Shown here in pieces: positions 51,850 to 64,000 of a stretch of 64,000 bases of DNA (position 1 is its first letter; every line of letters begins with the position of its first letter). The stretch spans positions 57,474,001 through 57,538,000 of the forward strand of contig NC_043010.1 of assembly GCF_006345805.1 (NCBI RefSeq). Direction: 5' to 3'. The notes under the pieces are model-generated. The model made no database searches and was not told where the DNA came from. It saw nothing but the letters and a program-made list of their open reading frames with translations. The stretch comes from Octopus sinensis (taxonomy: Eukaryota). Made by a program: the position numbers and the translations under genes.

Positions 51850-53882
51850 TTAACAAAGAAATAAAACTTCATAACCAAATACCAACCTCTTCTAAACCTT
51901 TGTAGGAGGAAAGGGACAATGACAATTATTTAAACTGCCATGGGGCTATGACCAATACAGCTACTGCCACTTCTGTTTGGACTAATACTTTTGATATTAT
52001 TACTGCTATGATTGTTACTCCCCTTTTACAACTAAAGAGAGAAACAAACCTCTCCCACTCCATCTACAGCTTCAACCATTTCTACAACCTCTCAAACAAT
52101 CACTGCTTAAGCTACTACTACTACTGCTTCTACTAGTGAAACTGATACAGCCATTACTACTACGGCCTCTACTATTGCTGCTGCCACTACTATTGCTATT
52201 GCCACCCAGTTATTAATGGCCACTTTTTATTGGCAGGAAGAAACAAAAGATAATTGTCAACTACTAAAACTGATACTACTACTCTTATGAGTGAGTGGTC
52301 ATGAGAAGGAAACCAATGACCAGCACCATGTGACTTTTGTAAGGGAACATATGCACGCCAAGAAATAATATCATGAAACACTAATTTAATTTATTTCAAC
52401 TTATTTTCCCTTATAACATGACTATATCACCCGAAACAATTGAAACTGGTAGCATATTTCAACATTTTCTTACTTTAATTCATCATAAAAGTTCTCAAAA
52501 CATTTACTCTTCTTGTTTTCAATATAAACTTCCTTGCATGAAACCTCTCAGCTTTTTCAGCACACACACACACACACACATTTACATATGCATACATATA
52601 TACATGATTGTGTATATATGTGGATGTGTGTGTGTGTGTGTATGTGTTTTGATATGAATATGAAGCATGATATGCTCTCAAATCTTGTTCTTGAAAACAA
52701 ATCACGTCATATCATGTCTATAATTCACACACACATACGTACAGTCAAACAGACTGCCAGGCACACATGTATATGCATACATATATGTGTGTGTATATGT
52801 ATGTGTGGTCTCGTGTATGTGTGTATGTGTGTGATGGTACCACTACACTATGAAATATTGTCATACACCACTAGCCACAATGCACTTCCTCACATTGTTG
52901 TAGCTTTCAAATGATGGTGGCAAGGCAAGTAAGCCAACAATACTACTCAATGGAATGCCTCTGTGTGCGTGTGTGTGTGTGTGTGTGTAAGTGTTATGGT
53001 CTATGTGTGTGTGTGTAATATACTATGTGAACTAGGATCTTAAGTAGGTACTTCAGAATATCTATACTATGATTCCTAATTGAAATAACTTTCCTCTAAA
53101 TGATGAGATTGTGGGTTCAATCTCTGTGTAGGGTACTCAGGTCAAGTGGGTTTTAGGAATATCTTGGATTAGTTCAAGTCTTGTAAGTGAAATTGTAATT
53201 CAAAGGACCAGTCTCTTCCCCACTGTGCCACGTCTACCTAAAGATTATATGGAAGGTAGCAGCGAGCATGGAAGTTAGTTCCGCAAACTGAACAACTGCC
53301 ATGCACATCTTTCAAACTGACAGAGAACGTATTTACTTGAGTGATGAGTGATGAGTGACATACTCTCCTCCCCTGTCCAACATTAAATGTTTGCCAAGCA
53401 TTGTTTAAAACAACGTATGGTGTCAAATTATGCCAAACAAAGAAAAGTGTGTCATTATGTTGTGTATATAGGAATGTTTGTTTGTTTATTTATTGAAACA
53501 ATTTCATATAATGCTGCTTCTTTGAAAGTGCAGAATTATAATAAATTAAAAATGGAAAAATGTAATTAGAAAATATTATTTAAATAAGAAGAATTATTTA
53601 CTTTTTCTATATTGCTATCAATAAATTGTATTAAAACGTAAAACAATTTGATGCCCAAAAATATACAAAGTTACAGCAATGGATCTAGTTGTTGTTTTAG
53701 AATTTTTAATTTATGTTCAATTTCCTTTTAAGAGACAGATATTAATTATACTTTAGACACACACACACACACACTTATATATAAATACATATATGTAAAT
53801 GCATGTACACAAAGCCATACAAATATATATATATATATATTATATATATATATAATGGTTATACATACATACATGCATACAA

Positions 53883-53921
<39 letters not shown>

Positions 53922-54113
53922 CATGAATATGTATAAGTGTACATTTAATACATTCATGCATGAATACATATGCACATACATATATGTATGTATGAATATA
54001 CGCATATATATATACATATATATGCACACACACATATTTATATGGTATTTCCTTTCTTGCTTTGTTATCGTGCGATATCTTTTTCTTATCAGTGAGAGAA
54101 CAATATATATAAA

Positions 54114-54274
54114 GGCATAGGCATGGCTGTGTGGTAAGAAGTTTGCTTCCCAACCACATGGTTCTGGGTTCAGTCCTACTGCATGGCATCTTGGGCAAGA
54201 GTCTTCAACTATAGTCATGGCCTGACCAAAGCCTTGTGAGTGGATATGGTAGGTGGAAACTGAAAGAAACTCGT

Positions 54275-54277
<3 letters not shown>
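54114..54277 (+). mobile_element. SINE family A, 5' half
   Basis: GGCATGGCTGTGTGGTAAGAAGTTTGCTTCCCAACCACATGGTTCTGGGTTCAGTCC...GGAAACTGAAAGAAAC; flanked by TA repeats. Confidence 0.88.
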
Positions 54278-54313
<36 letters not shown>

Positions 54314-54320
54314 AATATAT

Positions 54321-54411
<91 letters not shown>

Positions 54412-54431
54412 AGGGAGAGAGAGAGAGAGAG

Positions 54432-54776
54432 AGAGTGTCCCAAAAGTCACTGATGGCTTTCGGTTTTTAATAACTTCCTTAACTTTACAAATGAATGCAT
54501 GAAATTTTGTTACAATCTAAAGAACATCATGGAAATTAATATGCATAAGTCAAATTTTGCAACACCACTACATCACATAAAAAATGACATTGCTTAAATG
54601 GCAGCCTTTTTTGGCTTCACATGCCTGTGCTCTTTCCAAAACTCACACCCTAACACCATTTCTATTCTGTCCTTTATATTGTATCAACATTTCATGTATT
54701 TATTTATAAAGTTAAGGAAGTTATTAAAAATTGAAACCCAAAAGTCACTGATAGGTTTCAAGTTTTAATAACTTCT
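54432..54776. mobile_element. Tc1/mariner-like MITE with rearranged right end
   Basis: Starts AGAGTGTCCCAAAAGTCACTG; 54461-54505 is an imperfect inverted repeat of 54689-54733; third partial copy at 54737-54776. Confidence 0.7.
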
Positions 54777-55212
54777 TGAATTAGTGGTCTTTTGAATGAA
54801 TTAGAATTGGTCTGTTGTGAGGGGCTGGCCCCTTGGCATCTATAGACATGTCAAATCAATGAGATTGATGCCGTAAATGTTTGGAACTCTGGGATGGTGC
54901 TCTGAGTGAACAACTGCAGGAAATCCATGGAGCAGAGAAGGAATGCCAGGGGGATCAATGTTCCAGCGAGAAAGGACTGGTTGCAGTGTCTGGGGTACTG
55001 GATATAATATCAGGGATAAGACAAGGAGGGACAAGATTACTTGAAGGTCCTTGATGGGAGGTGGCAAGCGACCATATTTGATAGGGGACAAGGACAAAAA
55101 CACAAGACAAATCACCACCACCACCACCACTACCATCATCGTCATCGTCATCATCAACAGCATCATCACCATCGTCGTCGTCGTTGTCATCATCATCATT
55201 ATCATCATCATT

Positions 55213-55249
<37 letters not shown>

Positions 55250-55269
55250 CAACCATCGTCGTTGTGATT

Positions 55270-55465
55270 ATCATCATCATCATCATTTAATGTCTGTTTT
55301 CCATGCTGACATGGGTTGGACTGTTCAAGAGGAACTGGCAAGATGAAGAGCTACACCAGACTCCATTTATCTGTTTTGGATGCCCTTCCTAATGCCAATC
55401 ATCTCACAGAGTTTGCTGAGCACTTTCTCATGTGGTGCTTCTACATGTGGTACTTTTACATGTGA
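55270..55465 (-). mobile_element. RTE 3'-tail module, degenerate
   Basis: (CAT)n-TTAATGTCTGTTTTCCATGCTGACATGGGTTGGA...GGATGCCCTTCCTAATGCCAA. Confidence 0.7.
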
Positions 55466-55689
55466 TGCAGGCACAATTACCTCCGTTATATTTATATCTT
55501 AATGCACATCATAAATGATAAAACAATCATCATAACAAAAATATATTGTTGTTGATGTGAATAACACATTATGATACATATATCAATGTATATCAGCAAA
55601 AATGATGATGAGGAGGAGGAGGAGGAGGAGGAGGAGGATTAATATTATAATTGATATTATTCTTTCTTTTACTGCTGTATTTAGATATT

Positions 55690-56010
55690 GGACTGTGGCC
55701 ATGCTGGGGCACCACCTTGTAAAGGTTAGCCAATGAAATCAACCCCATTGCTTATTATTAAACCTGGTGCAGAGTCTGGAACCTAGTTTATCAGAGTTGT
55801 CTTGGTGGGTGGGTGGGTGGGGGACATAAACAAGCAATGCTCAGTAGTGAGGGACAATTACTAAGACACACACACACACACACACGTCCCACACTCTCCC
55901 TCATTCTCAGCCCAGGTCTATAGTAGAAGATACTCGGCCATGGTGCCATGCTGTGGGACTGAACTGGGAACCATGTGATTGGGAAGCAAATTTTTTACTA
56001 TACATGTGAC
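55690..56010 (-). mobile_element. SINE family A, degenerate
   Basis: GACTGTGGCCATGCTGGGGCAC ... GGTGCCATGCTGTGGGACTGAAC. Confidence 0.65.
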
Positions 56011-56226
56011 ACAGAGACAGGTTTCAGGGATGCAAAGAGGAAAATAGAACTTAAAACATTGGTGTAGATATTTCTTATTTTTTTGGTATTTAATAATCAA
56101 CAGAAGTTCCACCAGAGTGACTCAAGGAGCAAGAGATTCGTGCTGTGAAGATCACCAACGTACAACACTCTCAACCCTTGATTCAGTCTCCAACTTCTGT
56201 TCATTATTATTATCATCATCATTATT

Positions 56227-56711
56227 GAGTGAGAGAGCAGTGCATGCCATCAAAGTGACACTGGGGTACATATATACGAAGCCCAGTACACTCATCATGA
56301 CTACCCGTCTGATAAGGGTACACCAGGCACATACATCACAACCATATGTGTGTGACATTGTGATATCATATCAAGATAAACAGAGCATGATCTTGCAGGT
56401 TGGGTCCAGTTAGAATTTTCTTCTGGTCGAATAACCCATCCTGCTCAAAAGGTCCCTGAATAAGGGTTGTTTAAGGATGTTGAACGAAACACCCATGTTT
56501 CCAGAAGTGAATTATTCAAACCCCAAAGAATCCCTCTCAACACACGGCTATGATGCTCCCCCACTATTTCTGCTTGTGACATATATCATCAGCCACTAAG
56601 GGACATGCTCAACTGGTTAAGGTCAAACAACTGACAAGCAAATCTGTGGTATTGAGCAGAATATTGGCTGGAGCCCATCTTTTATACCAAGACAAAACAA
56701 TGTACATGATA
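56227..56711 (-). mobile_element. Second copy of the (TTA)n-flanked ORF-less element
   Basis: Collinear with 38980-39495; lacks the terminal ~65 bp. Confidence 0.8.
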
Positions 56712-58608
56712 TTATTATTATTATTATTATGTTTGACTTTTGCTTTACATTTGCACAAGCTGGCTCCAAGTCTCAACCCAGCGACCTCAAGAGACAATAA
56801 GTTGGAAGTTCGTGTTGGTGTTATGCCTAGGGTGCCATATATTTGGTTTTGTACTTAGTGTGTACTAGTGAGTGCCTAAAAAACCATACAAAAATTATGT
56901 TTGTTTTAAAACTTGAGATTACATAGAAAGTATTTTGCGTAGGATATGAGCAGTTCCCATGAGCTCTACCTTTTGAATTTCTGCCATTTTGGGGTTTCCT
57001 GGTATCTGAGTTAGGTAGCAATCAGCCCCTTTTGCTATCATTCCCAGGGCACCTATGACAACAGGTATTGTTTTGGTCTTCAGGTTCCACATTTTGCTGA
57101 TTTCTATTTCAAGATCTTTATACTTGCTCAGTTTTTGGTAGGTCTTGACAGATACGTTTATATCGATTGGGACAGTCATATCAATGAGGAGGCATGATTT
57201 TTGTCTGAAGTCTTTCAACATAATGTCTGGGCTATCTGCATGTATCTTTCGGTCAGTTCCAGAGGAGTGAGATGTGGTCATTTTCAAGCACTGGAGTTGG
57301 TTTGTGTTCCCACCAGTTTTTATCATGGGGCAAGTCCAGGTTTTTGCAAATTATCCAGTGAACATATTCAGCTGCTCTATCATGCCTGTTGAGATACTCT
57401 GTAGGCACAAGAAGACTGCACTTGGAGACAACATGATCAATGGTTTCATTTTGCTGTTGACATACACGGCATGTTGGGCAACTGCCGTTCTTTAATATAT
57501 TGGCCTGGTTGTCCTTTGTAGGTCCTTTGTCTTGGGCTGCTATGATAAACCCTTCTGTTTCTGATTTTAAGCCAGAAGACACTAACTATAGATGGGTAAG
57601 GGCTTTGTCAACATCGGCATTATTAGCTCTCTTTGGGTATTTGCCATTGAGAGGTTTTCCTTGCCATTTATCAATAAGAATATCCAAGGCAGCAGTTCTA
57701 GCACTGGTTTTCATGTGCTTAGCTTTTTCTAGGCTTGTTTCCAGTACATCTAATTCTGGGATTTGTTGTATTTGGAATTCACTTAGATATTCCTTTGCCT
57801 GTCTTGTTACTGAGTAAGATGCTTTCTTGTTTTCATATTTTGAGACAAGTTTTAACATCCAGTCCCCAGAGTTTTTCAAGCAGGTGTCTAGGCCAATTGT
57901 AGCAATCTTCATTGTTATTGCCAGTTGTAAAAGTCCATGGCCTCCCTCTTTTCTTGGCAGATAAAGTCGTTCTATATCTGCCTTAGGGTGGTGCATTCTA
58001 TGCATTGTCAACAGTTTTCGTATTTTTCTGTCAAGATTAAATATTTCAGTAATTGACCAGTTAACGACTGGTATGGCTAAAGCATTGATCGCTTCAATCC
58101 TGTTTCTCGCATTCAGCTCTGTCTTGAGTATTGCTCTTACTCTGCGATAACATTCTCTCCTGATCCTTTCCTTCATCACCAAATGCCTGATTCCGTCCCC
58201 TTCAATTACCCCTAGGTATCTGTAGCTCTCCACTGGATCTAACTCTTTTATGACATTCTGCTGGTCGAGGTAAACGTTAGATGTTGCTGTCATTTTTCCT
58301 TTGATAAAGGTAGCTTTTGCACATTTATCAAGGCCAAATTGCATTCTGATGTCAGCACTGAATTGTTTAACAATCGTTAGTAAGCCCTTGAGCTGTTGGT
58401 CATTTTTTGCAAAGAGCTTTAATTCATCCATGTAAATGAGATGATTTATATTTTTATCCAACGTTTTATATCCGTACTGTGCGTCATGGAGAAATTTTGA
58501 GAGAGTTATTAAGGCTAAACAAAAGAGGAGTGGTGATAGTGAGTCACCCTGGAAAATGCCACATGAAATTTTTACACCAACAGCATTTAGAGATGCTTAT
58601 TATTAGAG
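56712..58608 (-). mobile_element. 5'-truncated R4/Dong-clade non-LTR retrotransposon (RT, CCHC, REL endonuclease), disrupted
   Basis: GIFQGDSLSPLLFCLAL, HLIYMDELKLFAK, FGLDKCA, YRYLG, RLYLPRKEGG, CRVCQQQNETIDHVVSKC, RHD, PDIML...LIDMTVP...KLSKYKDL, VVIGALG; (TAA)n at both ends. Confidence 0.93.
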
Positions 58609-58650
<42 letters not shown>

Positions 58651-58654
58651 TAGC

Positions 58655-58937
58655 TAGCGCCGCCTTGATTGGCTTCTGTGCTGGTGGCAAGTAAAAAGCA
58701 CTAACTGATTGTGGTTGTTCTCAGCCTCCTCTGGCCCCTGTGCCAGTGGCACGTAAAAAGCACCCACTACACTCACTGAGTGGTTGGTGTTAGGAAGGGT
58801 ATCCAGCTGTAGAAACACTACCAGATCAGACTGGAGCCTCGTGCAGCCTCCTGGCTTCCCAGACCCCGGTCGAACTGTCCAACCCATGCCAGCATGGAAA
58901 ATAGACGTTAAACGATGATGATGATGATGATGATGAT
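58655..58937 (+). mobile_element. RTE 3'-tail module
   Basis: Close match to 28395-28668 with a (GAT)n tail. Confidence 0.88.
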
Positions 58938-59022
58938 TATTCAGGTCATTGTAAATAATGTACATAATTATGTACATCACTTAAATATAGAACTGTATTA
59001 TGATAATGATGATGATAATATA

Positions 59023-59066
<44 letters not shown>

Positions 59067-59122
59067 GTAATAATAATAATAATAATAATAATAGTAATAA
59101 TAATAATAATATTAACAGTAAT

Positions 59123-59173
<51 letters not shown>

Positions 59174-59179
59174 AATAAT

Positions 59180-59350
59180 CCTTTCTACTATAGGCACAAA
59201 GTTTGAAATTTGGGGGAGGGGGATAGTGAATTACATCGACTGGTACTTAATTTGTTGACCCCAAAAACATGAAAGGTAAAGTTGACCTTCATGGAAATTG
59301 AACTTAGAACATTAAGGTGGACAAAATGTTGCGTAGCATTTTGCCCAGCC
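59180..59350 (-). mobile_element. SINE family B, degenerate (another at about 60220-60400)
   Basis: GACCCCAAAAACATGAAAGGTAAAGTTGACC and GACCCAGAAAGGATGAAAGGCAAAGTTGACCTCAGCAGAATTTGAACTCAGAAC match family B in reverse. Confidence 0.7.
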
Positions 59351-59434
59351 TTTACAGAGACCTAGGCTGTCGGGTTCAGGTAATATTTGCACACACACAC
59401 ACACACACACACCTACACACACACATAGATATAA

Positions 59435-59477
<43 letters not shown>

Positions 59478-59500
59478 TATGCACATACATATACAAATAT

Positions 59501-59655
59501 AGGCTTCTGCACAGTTTCTGCCTACCAAATTTTACTCACAAACGATTGGTTGAGCTGAAACTAAAGGAAGGTCACTTGTCCAAAATGCAGTGAGAACTGA
59601 GCCTGAAACAATTGGTTGCAAAGCAAACTGCTTAACGACTCAACCATACCTGCAT
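59501..59655 (-). mobile_element. SINE family A 5' half, degenerate
   Basis: CAGTTTCTGCCTACCAAATTTTACTCACAA ... CACTTGTCCAA. Confidence 0.6.
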
Positions 59656-59752
59656 CTATATAATTAGTATCATAATAAATATCTTAATATGTATATCATA
59701 ATAGTTGTCATATTACAAGTCATAAGAAATAGGGATTTAAATTAGTACCACC

Positions 59753-59788
<36 letters not shown>

Positions 59789-59849
59789 TATTGTCACTCT
59801 TATTGCCATCATCATCATTATCACTATCACTGTCATCATCATCATCATT

Positions 59850-60122
59850 TGTGGTCATTGCCAATGCCGCTGGACTGGCTCCTGTGCAGGTGGCACGTAA
59901 AAAGCACCTTTTGAGCATGGTCGTTGCCAGAACCGCCTGACTGGCCCTCATGCCAGTGGCACGCAAAAGCACCCACTATACTCTCAAAGTGGTTGGCATT
60001 AGGAAGGGCATTCTAGAATGTAGAAACTCTGCCAGATCAGATTGGAGCCTGGTGCAGCCTTCTGGCTTGGCAGTCCTCAGTCAAACCGTCCAACCCATGC
60101 CAGCATGGAAAGCGGACATTAA
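59850..60122 (+). mobile_element. RTE 3'-tail module
   Basis: Two GGCACGyAAAAGCACC motifs, AGGAAGGGCAT, CCATGCCAGCATGGAAAGCGGAC. Confidence 0.85.
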
Positions 60123-60407
60123 TAGTTAATATTTAATGTATTCCCATAGATTACACATATCAAAATTAATTTCATAATTAATATAGCAAAATATGATAAT
60201 TAGTCATATAATAGCAATCTTTTCTTATTTTTGCACAATGCCTGTACATCTGAGGAGAAGTCGATTATGTTGACTCAAATGCTAAACAGGTCCCTATTTT
60301 ATCGACCCAGAAAGGATGAAAGGCAAAGTTGACCTCAGCAGAATTTGAACTCAGAACATAAAGATGTACTGAATGCTGTTGAGCATTCTGACCAGCATGC
60401 TAAGGGT

Positions 60408-60551
60408 TCTAGACACAAGCTGGGGTTTGATCAGACCCAGCTGGGTCACTTCGAGGGGGTGGGGTGTATGATGTCGAGAGACCCGAAACACCTGATGAGA
60501 CAAGGTACATCACTGAAGATGTGTCCAGGTGCATCAGTCATTGATGTACGT
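60408..60551 (+). mobile_element. Short 3'-UTR-like retroelement remnant (recalled as resembling HERO-type non-LTR 3' UTRs) ending in (AAG)n
   Basis: AGCTGGGGTTTGATCAGACCCAGCT hairpin, then GGGTGTATGATGT..GACCCGAAACACC..ACATCACTGAAGATGTGTCC; the family assignment is from memory and needs a Repbase/Dfam check. Confidence 0.5.
60462..60525 (+). ncRNA. Non-circularly permuted hammerhead ribozyme candidate
   Basis: All core nucleotides present (GUA, CUGAAGA, GAAA) with three complementary stems in knotted order; see findings. Confidence 0.7.
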
Positions 60552-60946
60552 AAGAAGAAGAAGAAGAAGGAGGAGGAGGGGGAGGAGGAGGAGGAGAGGA
60601 GAAGAAGAAGAAGAAGAAGAAGAGAGAGAAGGAGAGGAGAAGGAGGAGGGAGAAGGAGGAGGAGGAGGAGAAGAAGAGAGGAAGAAGAAGAAGAAGAAGA
60701 AAAAGGAGGAGGAGGAGGAGAGAAGAAGAAGAAGAAGGAGGAGGAGGAGGAGGAGGAGGAGGAGAAGAAGAAGAAGAAAAAAAGGAGGAGGAGGAGGAGA
60801 GAAGAAGAAGGAAGAAGAAGAAGAAGAAGAAGAAGAAGAAGAAGAGAAGAAGAAGGAGGAGAGGAAGAAGAGGAGAGAAGGAAGAAGAAGGAGGAGGAGG
60901 AAGAGCAGGAGAAGAAGAAGAAGAAGAAGAAGAAGAAGAAGAAGAA
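60552..60946. repeat. (GAA/GGA)n polypurine tract
   Basis: About 395 bp of almost pure purine. Confidence 0.96.
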
Positions 60947-61145
60947 TGATATTAACAATAATAATAATGATAAATAAATAGAAGGGTGCCATAGTTAACA
61001 TGTGAAATTGGTTGAACGATATTTCGGCATCTAGCGTTGCCTTCCACAGGTTCAAAAATAACATGTCACTCTACTTCATTTCTTGTTAAGACTATAATAG
61101 GACCTGGATAACTTCTGGATGACTTACCTCTGTCCTATATAGTCT

Positions 61146-61176
61146 TAATAATAATGATAATAATAATAATAATAAC

Positions 61177-61254
<78 letters not shown>

Positions 61255-61298
61255 TAATAACAATAATAATAATAATAAAATAATAATAATAAACATAA

Positions 61299-61332
<34 letters not shown>

Positions 61333-61387
61333 TAATAATAATATATAACAATAATAATAATATAATAATAATAATAATACTAATAAC

Positions 61388-61431
<44 letters not shown>

Positions 61432-61465
61432 TAATAACAATAATAATAATAATAATGATAATAAT
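61146..61465. repeat. (TAA)n microsatellite
   Basis: Direct inspection. Confidence 0.96.
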
Positions 61466-62517
61466 TAAGTTACTGTTGTTGTTTAGAGACAAACTTTCCT
61501 CCATCTTCCCCTCTCCTCCACACTAAAAATAGACGTTGATGGTTAGTAAAGTATGACATACCTGAGTTAATTAATCCTCAGCACTGTCTCATCCAGGTAA
61601 ATACGCCACACTGTGTCAGACTGTGTCACACTGTGCCACACCGCACAACAACAGAGAACACACGCTGTCTTCCTTGCAACTCTGACAGATGTGCGGCAAC
61701 GTTGCGCTGGTGCACCTTAACGGCCAAACTCTTATCTCAGCGTCCCCTGTGCATACGAATGCATTTCAGCAGTGCAGTGGTGGGGTGGGGAAATTACCAG
61801 CATGCAGTGAAGGCCAGCTGCATGTCTGTGTGCTGTATATGTGTGTGTGTGTGTGTGTGTACCTGTATGTCTTTATGGTGGCTATGTGTGTGTGTGCAGC
61901 TTGTGCAAGTATGCACTATTAATGTGCATGTGTGTGTGTATGTATGTGATGAGAGTGCGTGCTGCATGTTTTGTGCATGTACCTTGTCTATATATGTGTT
62001 TATGCATGTGTGAGTGTGTGTGTGTGTGTCATGCATGTGTGTACAGTCCATGTGTGTTGCATATTACATGCTATGTGTATATGTGTGAGTATATGTGTAT
62101 AATAATCATTGTGTTTATGTATGTTTACATGTATATATTTGTGCATAAGATTTGTATGTGTATATGTGTATATATACATGTCTAGTTGTGCTGTGTATAT
62201 GCATACATCTATAACTGCACATAACCAAACAGGAAATATATGTATGTGTATGTATACACACACACACGTATACTTGTATATGTGTGTGTATATATAAGTA
62301 TATATGTATATATACTTGGAAATAAATGTGTGACATTCGGTCATATAATGATATAAAAAATATATAAATATATGCATATATACATACATACATGTACATA
62401 CCTACATATATATGTATATATACATGCATATATGGGTGCATGTATATATACATATATATGTAGGTATACATGCATATATTTATATATTTTTTATTATTAT
62501 ATGTAATATATGTATAT

Positions 62518-62605
<88 letters not shown>

Positions 62606-63229
62606 TATATATATACACTTATGGAAATACTTGCAAATGTCATACATATAGCAAATATAATGAAACAAATTTTCACAACATATACACAGAAACATACATA
62701 CATATATACTTACACACACATACCCACACACAAACATACACGCACACAAACACATCGCACGTTTATACACACATATATTCATTCTCTTACGACACACAAA
62801 ACATAAACACTTCTGAATCTGTATTGACACAAACAGACTCTGCCATGTATACATGAGTGTATATATATACATACACACGGCTCTACTAATATACATACAT
62901 GTGTATGAATGTTTGTGTTTACACATGATGGAGTGAATTTGTTTATTTAGTTTCCCCCCCTTCTTGACTTGAATAAAAACAAGAGACAGTCAGACATGTG
63001 TGCTGACAGACAGACAGAGAGAAGACAGACAGATACACGGACATAGCCGCATCCAGGTTTTCTGATATACAGGAAACCTACAGAGAAGAGAGAGAGGGAG
63101 AGAGAGAGAGAGAGGGAGAGAGAGAGAGAGAGAGAGGGAGAGAGAAAGACAATGACAGAGACAAAGACAGACAGATAGATAGAGAGGTAGGTGGATAATA
63201 TAATATATATATATATATATGTATGTATG

Positions 63230-63263
<34 letters not shown>

Positions 63264-63278
63264 ATATATATATAAGAG

Positions 63279-63325
<47 letters not shown>

Positions 63326-63346
63326 TGTATATATATATTATGTATG

Positions 63347-63389
<43 letters not shown>

Positions 63390-63397
63390 ATATATAT

Positions 63398-63447
<50 letters not shown>

Positions 63448-63504
63448 GCATTTCTGCATCATCTCATACACACACATATACACATAGATGACATGTACAG
63501 AAAA

Positions 63505-63547
<43 letters not shown>

Positions 63548-64000
63548 TGTGTGTGTGTGTGTTTGTGTGTGAAAGTGGAGTGTAGAGGGGAGAAATGATG
63601 GAGAATTAATTGAAAACCTTGTCCAAACATAAAAGTCAATGTAAACCCCTTCCTCTCACCATTCCTCCTTCTATTTACTTCCTCCACTTTCCCTTACACA
63701 CTCACACACACACGCACACACACTTTCTCTCTCTCTCTCTTCCTCTCAATATTTATTACTGTCACCCCCTCTCTCTCTCTTTCCTGTCTGTCTTCCTCCT
63801 CCCCCTCACACTAGTTTCTCCCCTCTCTCTCTGCTTTCTACATCCCATTCCCATTTCCCCCCTCTCCCACTCTCTATTTCTCATTTCTCTTTCCTCCCAT
63901 ATTCTCCCTCTCCTTTACTCTCACCACACTCCCTCTTACTACTCCTCTAATCCCCTCTTATACCCATATTTGCACCGCCACTTTCTTCCCTCACCCATTC

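Noticed and set aside
54114-54190. tRNA gene (also at the other SINE heads)
   Set aside because: A/B-box-like motifs only; no full cloverleaf, and the sequence continues into a repeated SINE body.
60485-60535. Reading 60485-60535 as an ordinary type II/III hammerhead using CTGATGA at 60492 or the CACCTG/CAGGTG stem
   Set aside because: CTGATGA at 60492 has no downstream GAAA and the CAGGTG pairing leaves no U at 16.1; only the 1-3-2 arrangement satisfies all core positions.
60345-60981. 210-aa and 150-aa Glu/Lys/Arg-rich ORFs
   Set aside because: Artefacts of the stop-free polypurine (GAA/GGA)n tract.

Overview
Eukaryotic, AT-rich, repeat-saturated non-coding DNA with one 100-N scaffold gap (30946-31045). 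No host protein-coding exon, rRNA or tRNA gene can be supported; most ORF-track entries are translations of microsatellites. The extreme (TA)n/(CA)n/(GAT)n/(TAA)n/(AGAT)n density and the tRNA-derived SINE families suggest an octopus (coleoid cephalopod) intron or intergenic region; this is an inference. Recognisable content: RTE-clade LINE remnants with a C4HC3 PHD-like finger inserted inside the RT region, a CR1-group RT fragment, three R4/Dong-like restriction-endonuclease-like (REL) retrotransposon remnants (two inside (TAA)n arrays), maT/DD37D and mariner relics, hAT-, piggyBac- and Tc1-like MITEs, and at least three SINE families. Best leads: (1) at 60462-60525 a complete hammerhead ribozyme core whose three strands occur in a non-circularly permuted (knotted) order, in a retroelement-like 3' end; (2) seven type-I hammerhead-like motifs with mostly palindromic stem III, in short islands in or beside (TA)n/(CA)n tracts, probably Penelope-like pLTR relics from several families; (3) the PHD finger inside the RTE polymerase; (4) an ORF-less, structured ~580-bp element found only in (TAA)n arrays beside Dong-like elements. 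Family names come from motif recognition and memory, not database searches.
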